This document shows, in pieces, positions 54,903-63,971 of a stretch of DNA of 64,000 nucleotides. The translations under genes were made by a program, and so were the position numbers. How positions within the stretch are numbered: position 1 is the first letter of the stretch; the number at the start of each line of letters is the position of its first letter. The notes beneath the pieces were generated by a model. The model searched no databases. It saw only the letters and a list, made by a program, of their open reading frames with translations, and was not told the DNA's origin. This DNA is from a bacterium (GTDB taxonomy: Bacteria > Patescibacteriota > Minisyncoccia > Minisyncoccales > CG1-02-41-26), in NCBI GenBank assembly GCA_021162885.1, contig JAGGXV010000022.1, positions 57,571 to 121,570 on the forward strand. Reading direction: 5' to 3'.

Positions 54903-57900
54903 CTATATATCCAAGTTCTTTACTTTTTTAGCATGAACCTGAATAAACTTTTTCCTCGGCAAAACTTCTTTCCCCATCAAAATGTCAAAAATATGATCAG
55001 CGGCTTTGGCGTCTTCAATAGTTACTTGAAGTAATATTCGATTCTCTGGATTCATAGTCGTTTCCCAGAGTTCTTCGGGGTTCATCTCTCCCAACCCCTT
55101 GTAGCGCTGAATATTAATACTCTTTTCTTCTTTCTTCGTCTTTTTAATATCAGATAAAATCTCTTGTTTGTCTTGCTCAGTATAAGCATATTCTGTTCTT
55201 TTCCCTACTTGGATTTTATATAAGGGTGGTTGAGCAATATAAAGGTATCCTTTTTCAACCACTTCTCTGAAATAGCGGAAAAACAAAGTTAAAAGAAGCG
55301 TCCTTATATGGGCACCATCGGTATTCTTAAGAAGAACTCCACCAGGACTGGCAATAAAATTCTGATCTCCTAAAACAGAAAGGTCATAGACAAATTTGTC
55401 TTTAATATTTTTTAGCTTTTTAATGCTTTTTACTTTAAGTCCGACGAAATCTTGAGAAATGGGTTGGATATATTTTCCAATAACTTTTTTATAATTTACT
55501 TCTTTGAGAAGATACATTTCTAATCTTTCAGCATCTTTATGATCCTGCCAAACATTTTTAGTTTTCCATAAATAATCCACTGTAGATATTGATAAATCAT
55601 AAGATTTAAAATTAGACCTGATAAGCTTCCCGTCTTTGCTGTAATGGTTTTTGGTTTGATTAACACCATAAGCTGGAAATATTCCCCATTGCCGAAAAAT
55701 AGTAAGTATTCCTTCAATCAATCTCTGCGAAGACAAACGCCAGCCATAAATTGCTTTAGTTTTACTGGTTTTTTTACTTGTCCAAACTATAATAAAGCCA
55801 TCGCTCTGAAGCAATCCTTTAAGGAGTGCCGTTTGAATTTCTCTTTTTGTATTGAAAAATATATCTGGAATAAACTTCTCATTTGCTCTCTTGCCCAGTA
55901 CTCCAAGCTTTGCAAGAAGTAACCGAAACTCAAAAGAATGAAAGTGTAACTGAATATTATTCTCTTTCTTATAATCTAAAATAGGTTTAGCATTAAACTT
56001 TTCTTTTATAATCCGGGAAAGATTTTTAATATATTTACTTTCTTTTTCTTTGTTTAGAGAAAATGCAAACCTATTTGGATTCTTATCTTCGGGTATTGCA
56101 CAGCCATCTCCTAAAAACCAGCCAATTAAATACGCTAAATCTTTATCTAGCTTAAATTCAGTTTTAATTTTGTGAGTATGATTTCCGTAATAAAATTTGG
56201 CGGATTCAGGAAATTTATTTCCTTTCCAATCTTCTAAAGGAATATAAACATTACAATTGATTCGATAAAAATCCTGATTAATTTGGTTTAAATAATTTCG
56301 GAGGAGAGCGAATCTTGGCATTACATTGTCAAATTTCTCCTCCCATTGCTGGATTACTCCTCTTCCTACTTTAACTAAATTCTCCATTTTTAATCTTGAA
56401 ATTTGGTTTTTTACTCTTTCTTGTTTTAACTTCTGAAAATAATATTTTGGAATCTCTATCCAAGCAGAAGAAGGAATTTTTTTTAGTACTTCCTTTTTCA
56501 CCTTTACAGAAACATTTTTTGGTTTTTCCTTTAAAAGAACACTTTTTAAATCAATAATAAAATCTTTATCTTGACGCGGAAATAATCTTGGAAATATTAA
56601 GAGATCTCCCCTCTTAATATCTTTTGTTTTCTTAGTTCTAATCTTTTTGTTTTCATAAACATAAACGCTATGACAATCAGTTACTTTAACAGGGTAACCA
56701 CAATAAGTTTTAATTTCATATAAATCTGTCCTTAAGGGATGACGGATCGTCTGTAAAATTTCTTTAAGTTCTAGTTTTTTTGTCTTCAGATTGCAAGTTA
56801 AAACCTTGTATTTTGTGGTATCGTCGCAATTTTCAATAAACTCGCCGGCTTGGGTGCAAAAGAAACTCTTCTTTTCTTTGTCATAAAGGAAAATTGAAGT
56901 ATCTCCGGTTATTGAGTCCGCGTCAGTCATTATTATAATTCGGTGATACCGCAGTTTGTTTATGTCAAAATCTTGAGCGATGGCCGTACCCAAAGCAATG
57001 ATTAAAGATTTTAATTCTTGGGAAGCTAAAATTTTATCTAACCTCGCTCTTTCAACATTCAAAATCTTTCCTTTTAAAGGCAGAATTGCTTGAAACGTTC
57101 TGTCTCTGGCTTGTTTTCCACTGCCACCAGCCGAATCACCTTCAACAATATAAAGCTCAGAGTCCTCAGGATTTTTAGAAGAGCAATCAGCTAATTTTCC
57201 GGGCAAAGTTAAACCTTCCAAAACTCCTTTTCTTAAAACTGTAGTTCTGGCTGCCTTGGCCGCTCTCCGAGCTCTGGCTGCTAAAAGACAATTCTCAATA
57301 ATCGCTTTGGCATCTTGGGGATTTTTTTCCAGAAAATCAGCTAAACCTTCTGAGAAAACGCTATCAACAACGGTCTTGGCTTCAGGGTTACCAAGTTTTG
57401 CCTTGGTCTGACCTTCAAATTGAGGTTCTTTTAATTTTACCGAAATTGCTGCCACCAATCCCTCTCTAACATCTCCCCCACTAAAATTTTCCTCTTTTTC
57501 GGAAAGGTAGCCATTTTTTCTGGCATAATCATTCAGGACTCGAGTCAAAGCAGTCCGGAAACCAGTCAAATGAGTCCCACCCTCGCCTGTAAAAATATTA
57601 TTGACAAACCCTTCTTCAAGAGCCTCCATCTCTTTAGCATATTGAAAAGCGACCTCAACTAAAATTCCTTCTTTCTCTCCTCGAGTATAACAAATGTTCT
57701 CGTGACGAACTTCCCCGTCCCCAATTAAATATTTAATGTAAGAGCGAAGTCCTCCTTCAAAATAAAAGTTATATAAAGTTGGTGGAGATTCTCGCTCGTC
57801 CCGAACACTTATTTTAACTCCCGGAGTTAGATAGGCCTGTTGACGGAGATGATTTAAAATCCTTTCCGAGTTAAAGTAAATACTCCTGAAAATCTCTGGA

Positions 57901-58457
57901 TCAGGTTCAAAAATGACGGTGGTACCTGACTTTTTACACTTCCCAATTTTCTTTACTTTTGTGATTGCCTTGCCTCGAGAGTATTCTTGAGCATATCTCT
58001 CTCCCTGCCGACAAACCTCCACTCTCATATACTTTGATAAGGCACAAACAACTGAAACCCCCACGCCGTGCAAACCACCAGCTACCTGATAGGCTTTTCC
58101 TCCAAATTTCGCTCCAGCATGCAAAGTGGTCATTACTGTTTCTAAAGCAGATTTACCAGTTTGAGGATGCTTCTCAACCGGAATCCCTCTGCCATTGTCT
58201 TCACATCTAACTCTATTATCTGGAAGAAGAGTAATCTTTATTTCGTTGGCGTAACCAGCCACGCATTCGTCAATTCCGTTATCCAATACTTCCCAGATTA
58301 AGTGGTGTAAACCTTCGGGACCTGTTGAACCGATATACATTCCCGGCCTTTTTCTCACCGGCTCCAAACCCTTTAAGACATATATATCCTCGGCTGTGTA
58401 TGACTCCTTTTTAGTTTTCTTTTTTGCTTTTTTAGAAGGCATGGTTTTAATTTTCAA
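54903..58457 (-). CDS. gyrB: DNA gyrase subunit B precursor containing a 531-aa intein
   Basis: GHKL ATPase N-terminus ...GLHHLIWEVLDNGIDE... Toprim ...RYHRIIIMTDAD | intein | TDGAHIRTLLLTLFFRY... C-terminus. Extein total about 653 aa. Confidence 0.9.
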   Translation of the reverse strand: MKIKTMPSKKAKKKTKKESYTAEDIYVLKGLEPVRKRPGMYIGSTGPEGLHHLIWEVLDNGIDECVAGYANEIKITLLPDNRVRCEDNGRGIPVEKHPQTGKSALETVMTTLHAGAKFGGKAYQVAGGLHGVGVSVVCALSKYMRVEVCRQGERYAQEYSRGKAITKVKKIGKCKKSGTTVIFEPDPEIFRSIYFNSERILNHLRQQAYLTPGVKISVRDERESPPTLYNFYFEGGLRSYIKYLIGDGEVRHENICYTRGEKEGILVEVAFQYAKEMEALEEGFVNNIFTGEGGTHLTGFRTALTRVLNDYARKNGYLSEKEENFSGGDVREGLVAAISVKLKEPQFEGQTKAKLGNPEAKTVVDSVFSEGLADFLEKNPQDAKAIIENCLLAARARRAAKAARTTVLRKGVLEGLTLPGKLADCSSKNPEDSELYIVEGDSAGGSGKQARDRTFQAILPLKGKILNVERARLDKILASQELKSLIIALGTAIAQDFDINKLRYHRIIIMTDADSITGDTSIFLYDKEKKSFFCTQAGEFIENCDDTTKYKVLTCNLKTKKLELKEILQTIRHPLRTDLYEIKTYCGYPVKVTDCHSVYVYENKKIRTKKTKDIKRGDLLIFPRLFPRQDKDFIIDLKSVLLKEKPKNVSVKVKKEVLKKIPSSAWIEIPKYYFQKLKQERVKNQISRLKMENLVKVGRGVIQQWEEKFDNVMPRFALLRNYLNQINQDFYRINCNVYIPLEDWKGNKFPESAKFYYGNHTHKIKTEFKLDKDLAYLIGWFLGDGCAIPEDKNPNRFAFSLNKEKESKYIKNLSRIIKEKFNAKPILDYKKENNIQLHFHSFEFRLLLAKLGVLGKRANEKFIPDIFFNTKREIQTALLKGLLQSDGFIIVWTSKKTSKTKAIYGWRLSSQRLIEGILTIFRQWGIFPAYGVNQTKNHYSKDGKLIRSNFKSYDLSISTVDYLWKTKNVWQDHKDAERLEMYLLKEVNYKKVIGKYIQPISQDFVGLKVKSIKKLKNIKDKFVYDLSVLGDQNFIASPGGVLLKNTDGAHIRTLLLTLFFRYFREVVEKGYLYIAQPPLYKIQVGKRTEYAYTEQDKQEILSDIKKTKKEEKSINIQRYKGLGEMNPEELWETTMNPENRILLQVTIEDAKAADHIFDILMGKEVLPRKKFIQVHAKKVKNLDI
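55323..56915 (-). mobile_element. GyrB intein with LAGLIDADG homing-endonuclease domain (inserted after the Toprim DAD motif)
   Basis: Intein N-terminus SITGDTSIF... LAGLIDADG motifs LAYLIGWFLGDGCAIPED and LLKGLLQSDGFIIVW. C-terminus ...GVLLKN followed by Thr +1. Confidence 0.7.
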
Positions 58458-58595
58458 TTTACAATTTTCAATTTACAATCAATTCCCAATTTTCAATGAT
58501 TTAATTTCCAAACAAGAATAAACAAAGATTGAAAATTTGGTCATTGAAAATTCATTGAAAATTGGTACTTGAAAATTGAAAATTTACTTACGTAC
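58445..58595. repeat. heptamer inverted-repeat element between gyrB and pheT
   Basis: ttttcaatttacaattttcaatttacaatcaattcccaattttcaatgatt...gattgaaaatttggtcattgaaaattcattgaaaattggtacttgaaaattgaaaattt. Confidence 0.6.
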
Positions 58596-60683
58596 TTCCC
58601 AGGCCGGTCTTTCTTCCAGAGCTTTAATTATTTTTTGATGAATTTTATCAATTTCTCGGGAAGATAAAGTTCTATCTTCGGCTTGATAGATTATATGAAA
58701 AGCAAAATTCTCTTTACCTTCAGGAATTCCTTCGCCTGAGTAAACATCAAAAAGATCAACATCCCGCACCAATTTTCCTCCAGCTGCATTTATAATATTT
58801 AAAACTTCCACTGTTTTCGTCCCAAGGGGAACCAAAACCGCCAAATCTCTAACGGCAGCTGGGTGAACTGAAATTGGCTGATATTCATGTTCCTCACAAG
58901 CAAATTTTTTCAATTTTTCGAAATTAAGATCGAACACAAATACTTTCTCGGCAATCTTTAATTGTTCTAAAATGTTTGGATGAATTTCCCCCAAAAATCC
59001 AATTTCTTTACCATCGATTTTAATTTCGGCACTTTTTTTGGGATGCCATATTCCAAAGTGGGATTCTTCTGGAGTTTGTTGATAATCGTCAAACCAAACA
59101 TTACTAATTCCTAATTTATTAAGCAACAATTCCACTACTCCCTTTAACTCATAAAACCCCTCATTACCTATCCCTTTCCTTGTTAGTACTCCTCCTAACA
59201 TCTTTTTTTCTAAGATTTGAGATTTGCGATTTGAGGCTTGAGACTTCTTAAATGTTTTTCCAATTTCAAAAATTTTAATTTCATCAAAAAATTTTAAGTT
59301 TTCTTTAACATTTTTTAGCAAATTTGGAATCAAACTCGGCCTCAAATATCTGTTAAAAGAACTAATTGGATTTTCTAATTCCACTACCGCTGATTTACGC
59401 TGCCAAAACTGATAAATGCTAATATCTTTTTCACCAATAAAAGAATAATTGTAAATTTCAGAAAATCCTGTCTCTTTTAAAATATCTTTTACATTTTTCT
59501 GCCAAAAAAGCTCTTCATTTTTCTCGGGAGGAATTAAAGCGGCTTGAGGAAAAACTAAAGGGATATTTTCGTAACCATAAATTCTCCCGATTTCCTCAAT
59601 TAAATCTTCCTGAATAGAAACATCTAATCTTCTGGTTGGTACTTCTACTGTTAAAATTTTCAATTTACAATTTTCAATTTTCAAACCTAATGATTTCAAA
59701 ATTCTAATTACTTTTGACTCAGAAATATTAACTCCTAATAATCTTTCAACATACTTTAAATCTAGTTTAACTTTCTTAGGACGGGTTTTCTTTGGATAAA
59801 AATCAACCATTCCTCCAACAATCTTGCCATCGGCTATTTTTTGAACCAAAGAACATACTCTCTTTTGAGCAAAATCAATCAAGTTGAGATCAATCCCGTT
59901 CTCAAAACGCCAGGAAGCATCGGTTTTCAGTTTTAATTTTCGAGAGGCCTTCCGAATTACTCTTGGATTAAAACTAGCCGCTTCAATAATTATATTTTTT
60001 GTCTTATTGTCAATGCCAGTACTCTCGCCTCCTTTTATTCCCGCGATAGCAATTGGCTTTTCCGCATCAGCAATCAGCAAAATATCTTTATCTAAAGTAT
60101 AAGTTTTATCATCTAAGGCAGTAATTTTCTCTCCCTTTTTCGCCCTTCTGACAATTATCTTCTTTTTTTGGATTTGGGATTTGGGATTTAAGCTTTTGAT
60201 TTTATCTAAATCAAAAGCGTGTATCGGCTGTCCGGTTTCTAACATCACATAATTTGTTATGTCAACAATATTGTTGATTGGCTCCAATCCACAAACTTTC
60301 AATCTCTCTTGAATCCACTTCGGCGAAGGTTTCACTTTCACCCCCAAAATTACTTTTGCTGTATAACGCGGGCAATCCTCTTTATTTTCAACTTCAACCC
60401 CAATAAAATCTTTAGCTTTTAAATTTTTATTTTCCTTTATTTCAGAATCTGGAATTTGAAATTTAGAATTTGTAAGAACAGCGCACTCCCGAGCTATTCC
60501 AAGATGAGAAAAACAATCAGGAGCCCGATTGGGTAAAACATCAATGTCTAAAATCCAATCCTTTCCTACACGTTTTACTTCCTCTACTTCAAAACTATGT
60601 AAAGTCAAAATCTCTGCCAATTTCTCAGGAGTTGGCATCTTTCCATTTATATAATCTTTTAACCAGTTATAAGAGAATATCAT
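58584..60683 (-). CDS. pheT: phenylalanyl-tRNA synthetase beta subunit
   Basis: MIFSYNWLKDYI...; B3/4 and B5 domains; carries at least four in-frame heptamer-repeat inserts. Confidence 0.9.
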   Translation of the reverse strand: MIFSYNWLKDYINGKMPTPEKLAEILTLHSFEVEEVKRVGKDWILDIDVLPNRAPDCFSHLGIARECAVLTNSKFQIPDSEIKENKNLKAKDFIGVEVENKEDCPRYTAKVILGVKVKPSPKWIQERLKVCGLEPINNIVDITNYVMLETGQPIHAFDLDKIKSLNPKSQIQKKKIIVRRAKKGEKITALDDKTYTLDKDILLIADAEKPIAIAGIKGGESTGIDNKTKNIIIEAASFNPRVIRKASRKLKLKTDASWRFENGIDLNLIDFAQKRVCSLVQKIADGKIVGGMVDFYPKKTRPKKVKLDLKYVERLLGVNISESKVIRILKSLGLKIENCKLKILTVEVPTRRLDVSIQEDLIEEIGRIYGYENIPLVFPQAALIPPEKNEELFWQKNVKDILKETGFSEIYNYSFIGEKDISIYQFWQRKSAVVELENPISSFNRYLRPSLIPNLLKNVKENLKFFDEIKIFEIGKTFKKSQASNRKSQILEKKMLGGVLTRKGIGNEGFYELKGVVELLLNKLGISNVWFDDYQQTPEESHFGIWHPKKSAEIKIDGKEIGFLGEIHPNILEQLKIAEKVFVFDLNFEKLKKFACEEHEYQPISVHPAAVRDLAVLVPLGTKTVEVLNIINAAGGKLVRDVDLFDVYSGEGIPEGKENFAFHIIYQAEDRTLSSREIDKIHQKIIKALEERPAWEVRK

Positions 60684-60812
60684 GGCGAATAGCTTCTAAG
60701 GACAAGGCAGGTTCGCTCTCCATCGGCCTCTCAGAAGCAGCTGAATACGGTCTCCGGCCGAAGGAAGGAGTCAGCCGCCAAGCGCAGAGCTGACTGCCGA
60801 GTCCTTACTTTA
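60684..60812. repeat. GC-rich MITE-like structured element, copy E2 (homolog of 1690-1850)
   Basis: gaatagcttctaaggacaaggcagg...ctgccgagtccttactttatc. Terminal inverted repeat CTAAGGAC(a/t)(a/c)GGCAG. Internal hairpin gtcagccgccaagcgcagagctgac. Confidence 0.5.
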
Positions 60813-61865
60813 TCAGAATTGTTTTAAAAATCTTAAATCGCCGCTGTAAAATAAACGGATGTCGTTAATTTTATATCGGAGCATAGCCAGTCTGTCCAGA
60901 CCCACTCCGAAAGCAAATCCTTGCCAGTTTTTTGGGTTAATGCCAGCCGCTTTAAAAACATTTGGGTGAACCATCCCCGCTCCCAAAAGTTCAGTCCAGT
61001 TTCCTTTTTTTTCTCCACGAATATCAATTTCAAAACTTGGCTCAGTAAAAGGGAAATAACTTGGTCGCAATCTAATTTCAATTTTGGTTTTAAAAAATCT
61101 TTTTAAAAATTCTTCAATTATTGCTTTAAAGTTTGCTACCGAAACATTTTCGTCAACCATTAAACATTCGAGCTGATAGAACTGAATCTCATGGGAAGCA
61201 TCGGTTGCCTCGTGCCGGAAACATTTTCCTGGGACCACAATCCTCAAAGGAGGACTGTGCTTTTCCATATAACGAATCTGTACCGGACTGGTATGCGTCC
61301 GCAAAAGAAGTTTTTGAAATTTCGAATTTTGAATTTTAAATTTGTTTGGGATTTGGGATTTGTGATTTGGGATTTTTTGGTTGCGAAGCAACCAAAAGGT
61401 GTCCCAAAAATCTCTGGCTGGATGATCTTTGGGAATATTTAAAGCGTCGAAATTGTACCATTCTGTTTCAACCTCCGGTCCCAGAACCACTGAAAATCCC
61501 AACGATTGAAAAATCTCCAAAACTTCTCTCTGAACTAAAGTCAAAGGATGCAAATGGCCAACTCCTAACTTCTTTCCAGGGCGTGTCACATCGATTTTCT
61601 CTTTCTCAATTTTTTGCTTTCTAAGTTTTCCTTGGAGTTCTTTTAATTTCTCTTTTATCATTTCTTCAACCTCCCTTTTTACCAGATTGGCTTCCTTGCC
61701 GAGTTTCTTTTTCTCTTTCTCTGAAAGCCCTTTTAACGAACTAAAAATTCGGCTAATCTCCCCTTTCTTACCCAAATATTTCTTAAAAATCTTGTCCAAT
61801 TCTTTCAAATTCTTGGCTTTTCTTATCTCTTTTTGAGCTCTGGTTTTTAGTTCATTTAAGTCCAT
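60813..61865 (-). CDS. pheS: phenylalanyl-tRNA synthetase alpha subunit
   Basis: ...LLLRTHTSPVQIRYME... class II motifs; in-frame heptamer insert NQKIPNHKSQIPNKFKIQNSKFQK. Confidence 0.9.
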   Translation of the reverse strand: MDLNELKTRAQKEIRKAKNLKELDKIFKKYLGKKGEISRIFSSLKGLSEKEKKKLGKEANLVKREVEEMIKEKLKELQGKLRKQKIEKEKIDVTRPGKKLGVGHLHPLTLVQREVLEIFQSLGFSVVLGPEVETEWYNFDALNIPKDHPARDFWDTFWLLRNQKIPNHKSQIPNKFKIQNSKFQKLLLRTHTSPVQIRYMEKHSPPLRIVVPGKCFRHEATDASHEIQFYQLECLMVDENVSVANFKAIIEEFLKRFFKTKIEIRLRPSYFPFTEPSFEIDIRGEKKGNWTELLGAGMVHPNVFKAAGINPKNWQGFAFGVGLDRLAMLRYKINDIRLFYSGDLRFLKQF

Positions 61866-62131
61866 ATTATTCTTTCATTTTACCCTAATTTTCAACAAGA
61901 AACAAGCTATAGTTATCCACAAAAAAACTCTGGAATATCTATTTCCAGAGGAACAAATAAGGACAATTTTCATTGTTATAAACCCTTTAAAAATGTTTAA
62001 TTGGATGGTAGATGGCAAAGTTCAAACAAACTTTGACTAAAATCTAATACGTAAAATAATGGCGATCGTCTCTGTCTTACATATTCACTGAAACAAAAAG
62101 CCAAGCGTTTGAGCTTGCTTTTTTTGTACTG

Positions 62132-62205
62132 CGCGGGCGATCGGATTTGAACCGACGGTCTCCACTGTGACAGAGTGGCGCTTTAAACCACTAAGCTACG
62201 CCCGC
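62132..62205 (-). tRNA. tRNA-Asp (anticodon GTC)
   Basis: Minus strand GCGGGCGTAGCTTAGTGGTTTAAAGCGCCACTCTGTCACAGTGGAGACCGTCGGTTCAAATCCGATCGCCCGC. Confidence 0.8.
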
Positions 62206-62212
62206 ATTTTCA

Positions 62213-62283
62213 TGTCGGGGGTGGGAATCGAACCCACATTAACCGCTTATGAGACGGCTTTAGAAACCACTCTACTCCCCGAC
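62213..62283 (-). tRNA. tRNA-Met (anticodon CAT; elongator-type or Ile2-type, not initiator-like)
   Basis: Minus strand GTCGGGGAGTAGAGTGGTTTCTAAAGCCGTCTCATAAGCGGTTAATGTGGGTTCGATTCCCACCCCCGAC. Anticodon loop CTCATAA; T-loop TTCGATT. Confidence 0.65.
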
Positions 62284-62295
62284 ATCATCAACGCA

Positions 62296-62982
62296 TCATT
62301 TAATCCCCTTCGCTAACCCTTCAATCCAGCCATGAATCCTTCTTCTTAGTTGAGTGCCCTGCCGAACTGTGATTCTCAAAGTACCATAATAGTTATTATA
62401 ATTTGAGTAAATCTTTTTGGTTTTGCTTTTTATTAAAACCGTTTTATTAAATTGTCCAACTGGAATCTTGGTAAGATCTGACCAATAATTCTCTACTTCT
62501 TTAGTTCTATCTTTATGAGTTTCATTTATTTTAACCTGTAGAGAAATATCATCATCTGAAACCTTACAAATTTCTTTAAACCATCGTAACATTAACAGAA
62601 TCATTTTCGGGTCTGAATTTGTAAAACCGACCTGCTCTCCACCAGAATATGTATATCCTTCGCTCCAATACATGGCTACTCCGGCGATGAAAAGATCTCT
62701 TTTGCTTAACTTACCAATTTCCTTTATCCCCTGTTTTCGCAAAAGCGCTACTTCTTTTATTCTTTCTTTTCTTATTCTTTCTAAAAATTTCATTCTTCCT
62801 TTATAACTTCCGGATTCTTGTCTTTTGGCTAACCTCTCAATTTGTTCTGGACCAAGTTGAATATTGCGGCACCACGAACTTACAGTACTTTTGGCTATAT
62901 TTAACTTCGCAGAAATTTCATTTATGCTTCTCCCTTTCTTGCGTAGTTTAAGCGCTTTATTTTTTTCTATAAATCTAACCAT
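62296..62982 (-). CDS. LAGLIDADG-like homing endonuclease with N-terminal HTH (second copy), downstream of a group I intron-like core
   Basis: LRKKGRSINEISAKLNIAKSTVSSWCRNIQL (HTH). IAGVAMYWSEGYTYSGG, FTNSDPKMILLMLRWFKEIC share motif order with 21027-21617. Confidence 0.5.
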   Translation of the reverse strand: MVRFIEKNKALKLRKKGRSINEISAKLNIAKSTVSSWCRNIQLGPEQIERLAKRQESGSYKGRMKFLERIRKERIKEVALLRKQGIKEIGKLSKRDLFIAGVAMYWSEGYTYSGGEQVGFTNSDPKMILLMLRWFKEICKVSDDDISLQVKINETHKDRTKEVENYWSDLTKIPVGQFNKTVLIKSKTKKIYSNYNNYYGTLRITVRQGTQLRRRIHGWIEGLAKGIK

Positions 62983-62989
62983 GAACCCA

Positions 62990-63400
62990 CCGTAATATAT
63001 ATTATTTAATTATACCGTGGGTCCAAAAATATCGCAATGTAGATAAACTTGTTGCGGGGCTGGGAATTGCACCCAGGTCTCGAGGTTCTTTAATGTTAGC
63101 CATTTGTTTCCAAATGGAACGGACTATACCATTCCCCTTCTTTTAATCAAAAGAAGGGGACTCCCATTATAGTCTCTGAACCTTCCAAGCACATATAGCG
63201 TTATATGCTCGGCTTGGCTGCTGATTACCCCACCCACTATGCTAATTGTAGATATTATTCCTTGCTTAGAGGACGGGTTTCTCAGCAATTTAGGGAATTT
63301 TTCACGAAATGTTGCCATTTCGAGCCACAAAGTCTTATGGGCCTCGCAAGATACTACTTCTCCACCCCGCGATTTCATTTTATATTAAATTTAAAAGAAA
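62990..63400 (-). ncRNA. group I intron-like ribozyme core (P, Q, R, S elements, P8 and P9 hairpins)
   Basis: Minus strand: P AAATTGCTGAGAAACCC; Q TAATCAGCAGCC; R GTTCAGAGACTATAATG (Tetrahymena GTTCACAGACTAAATG); P8 CCCCTTCTTTTGATTAAAAGAAGGGG; S GGTATAGTCCG (AAGATATAGTCGG); P9 CCATTTGGAAACAAATGG. Located immediately 5' of the homing-endonuclease ORF. Confidence 0.5.
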
Positions 63401-63407
63401 TTCAACC

Positions 63408-63971
63408 CTAAAATATCTCCAAATCTTTAAAAACTTTTTCAAAGGTATCGATAACTTCTTCTGCTTTTTCTTTTGACAACAGATAATCAGGGTCACGAGC
63501 GATATCCTGACAAACCTGAACAGCTTCTTTGACCGATGAAAGATTTGAAATATCATCTTCAGTTAACTTCTCCAATCTCTCGGTTAAACTTTCTCCAGCA
63601 AAACCAGCTCTTTTTAAAATATTGTCAAACATCTCTAATCCTTCAAGTAAGCTAAGTTTTTGTTGGGCTGGAGTACCTTTTTTAAATCGTTTTTTAATCT
63701 TTTCCCATTTTCTGGCTATTCTCCTTTGGCTAAAGTCTCGGAAAGATGAAAAATCCCCAAAATCTTCTCCCATTACCTCGTTAAGGTAACTGGATCTGGC
63801 AAGAAGATACAAAATAGCCAGAAAAAACAAAACAGAAATAGTAATGCAAATTATTTTTAAAACAAAAAGTTGCTCCTGAAGTTGAGGAGAAACGAGAAAC
63901 TGAAAAATCTCTTTGGCTTTCTGAATGGGTTGGCCAAGATTAGTTGTTTTTGGGACAATTTCTGACCACAT
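63408..63971 (-). CDS. hypothetical membrane protein
   Basis: 187 aa, one TM (LKIICITISVLFFLAILYLLA); acidic C-terminal domain. Confidence 0.35.
   Translation of the reverse strand: MWSEIVPKTTNLGQPIQKAKEIFQFLVSPQLQEQLFVLKIICITISVLFFLAILYLLARSSYLNEVMGEDFGDFSSFRDFSQRRIARKWEKIKKRFKKGTPAQQKLSLLEGLEMFDNILKRAGFAGESLTERLEKLTEDDISNLSSVKEAVQVCQDIARDPDYLLSKEKAEEVIDTFEKVFKDLEIF

Noticed and set aside
31375-58600. Heptamer repeat arrays as possible CRISPR arrays
   Set aside because: Units are 7 nt with no unique spacers of 25-45 nt and no cas genes; not CRISPR.
63041-63400. tmRNA, RNase P or 6S identity for the structured region upstream of the second endonuclease gene
   Set aside because: No GGGG...CCACCA tRNA-like ends or tag frame, and no RNase P P4. 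Group I intron P/Q/R/S elements fit much better.
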